DNA from: the human T2T-CHM13v2.0 reference genome, Homo sapiens
Length of the DNA stretch: 64,000 nucleotides
Reading direction: 5' to 3' (one strand)
Assembly (NCBI RefSeq): GCF_009914755.1
Contig: NC_060928.1
The notes under the pieces are model-generated. The model made no database searches. It was not told the DNA's origin and saw nothing but the letters and a program-made list of their open reading frames with translations. Made by a program: the position numbers and the translations under genes. Shown in pieces: positions 54,328-64,000 of the stretch. Positions within the stretch are counted from its first letter, which is position 1; every line of letters begins with the position of its first letter.

Positions 54328-55340
54328 ATTCATTCATTCATTCATTCATTCATTTATCCGAGCCTCATGTTAGATAATGGACATAGGCACACTCAGAAAA
54401 CAAGACATCCAAAGAGCTTAAAATGTGTTGAAAGGATTAATAAGTAAATTACTGATCACAATACGGTTGATAAATGTTTTAGTGATACTATACTTTAAAG
54501 GTATATATGTAGAACCTTTCCTTTTGTAGGTAAAATACACCCTAGCAAACATACTAGCTATTAATAACATCATGAAAGTTCCTAAATATCAAACCTTTAT
54601 TCATGTATTCCCCAAATAATTATTAAACACCAACTATGTGTAAGGCTCTGTCTTCCTTGGGGCATTTTAATATTTAGGTGAAGAATAATAGAAGGAGTAG
54701 CCAGCAAGTTAGGAGTAACATTCTTTCAGCAAAGAGGGATGTTTCAGAAGTCAATGAAGGAGTAACTCAAGATGAGAAGCTTTATCAACTAGGATTTACA
54801 TTCATGTGAGAGATGGATAAAGAAAAGGAATAAGAATTGACCATTGGATCTGGGGGGATGGCAGTAGTTGGGAACTTTGTGGATTCAGTAGATGGATGTG
54901 GATTAAATAATAACTGAACATAACTGGGGGTAAGCAATTGAAGGAAGCAAGCACAGAAAAATAATGTTAAAAGTTTGTATGTACAGTCCAATGAGAAATG
55001 AAGTTGTAGCTGGAGAGGCAACTTGTCTGAGGAGGATTTTAAAAATAGACAATATCGTAGCTCAATGTGTAATGCGAAATCCCATGGAGAAGGTGATTTG
55101 ATGATAAAAGAGGAAAAAGGGATTAGTGTAAAGAATTAAGATATGGAATAAGGCAGAGAACATGAAATTATAGTTCTTCTTTACACATGTAATGATAGCT
55201 CTCCCATTTTAATAGAAAATAATACAGAACATATGAGTATTTTTGAAGGTGGGTTTGTGGAATTAGTGATCTTCTAAGTGCTACTGTTTTCTCAATGAAA
55301 TAAGAAGCAGGCCATCTTTTGAGGCTAGGAAGTGGAAAAT
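54328..55340 (-). mobile_element. L2 fragments beginning with a (TTCA)n tail
   Basis: (TTCA)n at ~54328-54353; gaattgaccattggatc and agagggatg...tcagaagtcaatgaagga L2 motifs. Confidence 0.65.
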
Positions 55341-55373
55341 TTGATAAGAAAGAAGAGATTTAATACAATATTT

Positions 55374-55625
55374 TGTTAATCAGGATACACCATGTGATGC
55401 TAAAGTAACAAAACAAGTTTCAGTGGCTTAATACATAATGTATTTCTCAGTCATGTTAAATGTCCAGCATATGTTAGCAAGGAGATCCTTCTTACTGTAG
55501 TCATTCAAAGACCAAGGTCTACAGAGAATCCATCTTAACACATTACTGCAAACACACTGACACAGTGAGAAGAATGTGTTCACTGTGCACTGACTTTTAA
55601 ATCTTCTGCCTGTGCTAATTGTTAT
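55374..55625 (-). mobile_element. Old MLT1 (J/K/L-like) LTR fragment
   Basis: tcaggata...tgatgctaaagtaacaa...tcagtggcttaatac...tatttctc. Confidence 0.6.
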
Positions 55626-55941
55626 GTGGGTTACAAAATAAGTAGAGTTATGTAATATATTATGCATATCTAACACACAAATTAAGCCATGTGTTCTTCG
55701 TTGGAAGTCACTTAAGAATAGGAATTACATTATATAGCAATCATACAATAGATACATTCAACGCATTTTAGCAAACCTATGACAAGTCATTTTAAGACCT
55801 TTTCCTGATTCTTAATAATGTTTGTGAGTTATAGATAATGTACGTCACTTTCAATGGAAATTTTGGATTAAGTTGTCTCTCTAAACATTCATTTTAGAAT
55901 CTATTTCTGAGGTAAGATGCAAGTGAAAACTAAGACTTTCC

Positions 55942-56229
55942 GGCTGTGCATGGTGGCTCAGCACTTTTGGAGGCGGAGGCAGGTGGATCACTTGAGGTCA
56001 GGAGTTCAAGAATAGCCTGGCCAACATGGTGAAACCCCATCGCTACTAAAAATACAAAAAAATTAGCCACATGTGGTGGCGTGCACTTGTAGTCCTAGCT
56101 ACTTGGGAGACTGAGGCAAGAGAATCACTTGAACCCGAGTGGCAGAGGTTGGCAGTGAGCCGAGATGGCACCACTGCACTCCAGCCTGGGCGACAGAGTG
56201 AGACTGTGTCAAAAAACAAACAAACAAAC
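55942..56229 (+). mobile_element. AluSz/Sx-like element with a 14-nt left-arm deletion and (CAAA)n tail
   Basis: Perfect 16-bp TSD aaaactaagactttcc at 55926-55941 and 56230-56245. Confidence 0.97.
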
Positions 56230-57937
56230 AAAACTAAGACTTTCCACCTCAAGCCACTTATAATTTAAATCACAATCTTATTTGATAAGAAATATTTAGC
56301 TTAGCAAATCTTCGAAAGAACCTTAGTGAGAAGTGGTTAATTTGAAAGATAGAATTCATCCTCACTAATAGTCCATTTGTTCATTTCTACATCCAAATTC
56401 TTACCACTGGGCAAGCTGCTCATTGGGCTCCTTATAGATTTTAAATTTCATTAGAGTAGCAAAAATTAAGTTGTATTTCTAGTAAAGAGTACATAACTCC
56501 ACAGCATACGGTCACTTACTACAGCAATTCAAGTCAGACTTAAAAGCCTATTGTAAGAAATGGAGTATTTCTACTAAAGTAAGTTTGGAGAACTGTGTTA
56601 TTAAGTCAGAAAGAAGCCAAACAATAACAACTGGAATATCTTCAGGAATTGACTTCCAAATAGAGAAAGAGCTAGGTATACATAGCTTGTAAGCCAATGA
56701 GGAAGGAGAATAAGAAAACCACCTAACATCATCTGAAGTGTATGATATGTAAATATCACAGGAGAGAAGTTAAAAGGTATTATTCATGAATACTGAACAC
56801 ACACATATTATGAAAACATTTCTTGCAAAAAAAGAATCACTGAGCACAGAGATTAATCTCTTCTGGAAAACATTGGAAACCCAGTTGCCTGAACCAATTA
56901 AAATTGAATTGACCACAGTAACATTTTACATCAGCTAACAAACAGGGCTCAGGTAGGAAGAAGTATCCAATGGATTATTTCCCTACTCAAATATCAATGT
57001 TTTTGTGAAATGAATCTGCAGAGAATAAAACATTACAATCTCAAATATAATCTACTCATTTATTTTAAGTAAAAGATTGTTTCCTTCACCCTCTCCATAT
57101 GGGAAAATATCATGTGAACATAAACAGAGAAGGGTAGTAATTACAGAAAGAAGTGTTTGTAACAAAACAGAGCAGGAGAAAATTCAGTGTCTGAATAGAC
57201 TTTCAAGTAATGGGTAGAAGGAGAACATAGTTGGGTTAGATGACTGGTGAAAAATGAAATTTAGAAGCTAAATATATGTCCCTGAATTCACTCCATTCAT
57301 CCAGGAAATCTCATATTATAAAGTCAAGATAAAAAACAAATTAAAGAAATAAACATCTCCCATTTAATTTTATCAATACAAGCATCAAATCTGGCAATAG
57401 TTATTGGGAAGCTAGGAACACTCGATTAGAATATCTGCATTGATCATTATAATCAATGATGGCTTCACTACCCAGCCCTATGTTACTAAAGGTAGAAAAA
57501 TGCCCAAGGAAAATCTCAGTTCTTTAAACAGCAAGAGTCAGAAGTATTTATGGTATCATTCTTCTTGTCTAATATATGTGGTGAGCTACCCAGAAGTCGG
57601 AGTGAAAAATATTTCAGGAAATTTGATTCCCTAAGTACTCTGACCAATCTCACAGCTCACATCTATCTATGTTTGTTTAAAGCCAGCCCTGATCTTCACT
57701 TTGCTAAAAATCAGTTGAATGTTAATCTACTGAAGAAAGAAATCATGAGAGAACTTGAGCAGAAAGTTCTAAATTCCATAAACATGATGGCTAATACCTT
57801 CAGATTCTACTTTTGAAGAAACTTCTGTAAATGTTTGGGCTCCACCTTTTTCTCTGTTGCCACCATAATGCAGGTTAAATAAAAAGCAAGTAAAAGCAAA
57901 AGGGTAAATAAATTTAAATAATAAAAATACAAGTATA

Positions 57938-58311
<374 letters not shown>

Positions 58312-58579
58312 TCACCTTTACTACTTTGGATATATGTTATTTTTCTACATTTTGAAGGCAATCATGCATTGCAGCGCACTATCCTGAGAAAAAGTATATT
58401 GATAATCTATTGGTTTCAGGCATAGTGTTTCAATGCAAAGTATAAATAGTGTATAAAGCAGATCTAGGATGAAAGAGGAGATAAGTGGATGTAGTCTGTA
58501 GTCTATGGTGTTAGATAAGGATAAAAAGTGCTTATCCTAGTTCCTGTGAGAGAAAAGCAACGGGAAAAAAGGGCTGTCA

Positions 58580-59010
58580 TTAGTCATCAACTGAAACTCA
58601 ATCTTAAAAGTTTGGCCTTTCCAAAAATCTGATTTGCTATTTCCCATAGTGATATGAGGTTTGAAAATGAGATGATTTTGCCTGGAGAGGAAGTGGGTGT
58701 GGGTTTTGTGGCTTCCAGACAGCGGAAGCAAAAATCATTGTGTCTCAAGCCAGGGTCATGTTTTCCCAGGCTTGGGGATGTTGATGGGACTTAGGCAAAG
58801 GCAAGAAGACAACCTGGTCGCTGGCCTTTTATTTTTCCTCCCTCATGTCAGCCGCAAGCAATTTGGTATGAAGAAAGACAGAAAGAAAAGTAAACGAGAC
58901 CCATCTTTTAACCTCTCAAAGCCGGGTTCAAGATGTCATAAATGCAGCTGCCAGAAATAAAGAGAAAGGAAGTGTATCAGAGTCTAAGAAAAGCAGAAGA
59001 GGAAGAGAGG
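58580..59010. promoter_or_regulatory. Putative ETS/PU.1-RUNX motif cluster (enhancer candidate)
   Basis: gagaggaagtg (58685-58695) followed by tgtggg/tgtggc; gcggaagc; gaaaggaagtg (58964-58974). Confidence 0.3.
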
Positions 59011-60622
59011 CTTTGAAAAGCCACCATAGTAATCAGTAATCTGTTTGACATCTGGCAAAGAGATACATCTGCAGGGGGCAACTGGGATGAGTAATTGAAC
59101 TTTGATTTTTACATTTTCACTGAATGTCTATGTTTAGCACCTAAATTTTAAACACAGAACGATTTTTGGAAATACGCTCTTCTCTGAGAGGTTGTTTCAT
59201 GGGATACAGGAAACATCTGGAGTTAGATCAAGTAAGTTTCATGGCTGCCCAGACAACTGGTGTGTTTGTACTGTTTTGTTATGGTCCTATAATGGGTAGT
59301 TACAATTCATTTGAGGGTCCTCCTAAATGTATATGGCTATGCCAGCATTTCTCAGAATCCAGCCAGAAACAAGACAAAAGCTACCTCAAAACACATGTCA
59401 GACAAGGGAATAGAACCTAAATTGAGCACCTGCAATAGAGGACTAAATTATTTAAAGTTAAAGGACACCTTCCATGTATTAGAATTACTAAAGAACAAGA
59501 AATAATTTGTTTCAATATATCTTATGATACTATGAGTAATACTTCTGTAGATTGAACTTAGTCTATTTTCTTATTCCCTAGCTTCAGATAACCTACAACA
59601 AATTGAATCAGAAGTCAAGATAATTTGCCTAAATTGCCTTAAAATGATCCTTTTAAGGTCCTTATTTTAATCCTGTATGAGGCAAATTTGCTGGTTTGTA
59701 ATTAGGTCCCCCAATTTTGTTTGACAATAAACCCAGAAGTGTATGCAAGGGTAGAAATGAGGTAACAATGGAAATAACAAATATTTATTAAGTACATATT
59801 TTAATAATGGTTACATTGGCATTATAGATTAGGAGCCTTAAAATAACTCATATCCCTTTGCTTAGTTTGTCCAAAATGAATTATACACAAAGTTATTTGT
59901 CACAACATTACTAATAACAAAGAAAAACTATAGTCATCTTAAATATCCCAATAGAAATTGTTCAAATCATTTTTAGGATTGATATGATGAAATGTTACAT
60001 AGCTAATATAAATTATATCTTCAGAAACTAGGTAAAATAAACAGAATACTTATAATGTTAACAATAATTTCCCTTCAGGGGGATATAAAACTGTGTATAA
60101 AATAATTTTGATATTGTATGTGTGAATACATATGTGGAGGGGAGCTATGTTTACAAAAGCAGGAAGATTCTTCTCATAGAATGTTACCAGTATAGGGTCT
60201 TTTTAATATAGCCTGGTGGATGTAATGAGTAATGAGAGGGGCTATGGCAAAGAAAGGAGACATTTATGGATGGACAAAGAAGAAGGAAATAAATCTTTTC
60301 AGGAGAATATAACTCAGGAATAAATAGACAGATTCGTTTATGCAGCATAAAATTTGCAAAAACCTACAGATAAAAAAATGTTGTGTGTTTAAGTGCAACA
60401 AATTCCAACCAGACATTCAGATTCATACTAGTTAGCTAGGGTATTTGAATAAGAAGAGATTCATTAAGAGAACTCAAAATTTGCATTAATTAGGAAGCAT
60501 TTTTTATTATTTGGTTTATTGTAAATAACAATATAGAAATAACAGGAGCAAAAATGCTAATAGCTAAACTTCCAACAGGTGAGGCCAAGTCTCAGTGTAA
60601 GTGCTTTGAATGAATTAACTTA

Positions 60623-62842
<2,220 letters not shown>

Positions 62843-62988
62843 AAAAATGTATTGCTCCATAGATAGATAGATAGATGCATGTGTGCATGCATATGCATGT
62901 GGTAGCATTCAGCTAGTAGGAAAGAGAGTTGAGATCTAGTCAATCTGACTTCAGTTGCCTACTCGTCATCATTGACAGTTATACTATA

Positions 62989-63366
62989 TGTATTAGTCCG
63001 TTCTCATGCTGCTAATGAAGACATCCCCATGATGGGGTGATTTATAAAGGAAGGAGGTTTAATTGACTCACAGTTCAGCATAGCTGGGAAGGCCCCAGAA
63101 ATTTACAGTCATGGTGGAAGGTAAAGGGGAAGCAAGGCACCTTCTTCACAAGGTGACAGGAAGGAGAAGAGCAAGCAGGAGAAATGCCAGACGCTTATGA
63201 AACCATCCGATCTCTTGACACTCACTTTTTATCACCAGAAAAGCATGGGGGAAACCAATCCCATGATTCAATTACTTCCACCTGGTCCTTCCCTTGACAA
63301 GTAGGGTATATAGGGATTACAATTCAAGGTGAGATTTGGGTGGGGACACAGAGCCAGACCATATCA
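62989..63366 (-). mobile_element. THE1D-like solo LTR
   Basis: tgtattagtccgttctcatgctgct...gacacagagccagaccatatca. Near-TSD ctata / ctaca. Confidence 0.95.
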
Positions 63367-63557
63367 CTACACTAACCCTTCATAGTTGGAAGTATTTTTT
63401 TCTAATTAAAGATATAAATAGCATTTTTAAATCTGAATGACTAATATAAAATATGCCCATACTTGCTAAATGAAGGAGGTTTTCTTATTGATTGAAATAT
63501 CAAAATAAGATTTTAAAAATAAAATGAAATAAAAAAGGGAGAATATAAGAGACTCAC

Positions 63558-63640
63558 CATTGACTTTGAGTCTCTTCCTTCATGTAACTCACAGGCTCCC
63601 AAAGCTCTTATCCAAGATAGGGGTGAGTTACCCATCGGGA
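63558..63640 (-). other. Candidate 83-nt internal exon of an unidentified (possibly non-coding) transcript
   Basis: Minus strand: tctcctttcactttctccttttcctctccag| acceptor and atg|gtgagt donor, in sequence I do not recognise as repeat. Motif evidence only. Confidence 0.45.
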
Positions 63641-64000
63641 CTGGAGAGGAAAAGGAGAAAGTGAAAGGAGATATGTAATAAGATAGAAGGGGATTCAGGA
63701 ACTTTGCATAATATTTTAGATAACTAACTATATGTTTTTGCATGCTGTAAATATCAGTGACCTGGGGCAAACTCATGTTCACTTTAGCTTTGTTGTTAAA
63801 TTGGTTTGTGACATTTTGATAGCTGCCTGGCTTATTAGTGCTTCTGTTATTCTTGTTATCCAGTCACACAGAGTCTGATGCAATTGACCCTGTTGTAATT
63901 CTCAGACTTAAACCAGAGTACACAGTTTTGTTTTACTCTTATTCTTATTAGGGAGAAAAATAAGTCAAGGAAAATAAAGAACTGACATGGTATAAATAAA

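Overview
This is not prokaryotic DNA. It is AT-rich, CpG-depleted, repeat-dense simian primate genomic sequence (probably human or great ape, given AluS/AluY-like elements and L1PA2/3-type 3' UTRs) of intronic or intergenic character. I recognise no intact protein-coding gene, tRNA, rRNA or CRISPR array. The longer ORFs in the track come from L1 ORF2 fragments, Alus or a microsatellite. The window holds nine near-full-length Alus plus one stub, about ten L1 fragments, about twelve solo LTRs (THE1, MLT1, MLT2, LTR16-like), several DNA-transposon MITEs and many MIR/L2/L3 relics, often nested, with target-site duplications (TSDs) readable by eye. Most notable: (i) four L1PA insertions with twin-priming 5' inversions; (ii) a well-formed 83-nt candidate exon on the minus strand at 63558-63640 and a weaker one at 23474-23590; (iii) an AT-rich but CpG-retaining patch at 12920-13235; (iv) two non-repeat motif clusters that look like enhancers (22.8-24.1 kb and 58.6-59.0 kb). 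Subfamily names come from recalled consensus sequences, not a database search, and the boundaries of old repeats are approximate. I see no evidence for a genuinely novel biological system; the findings are leads.
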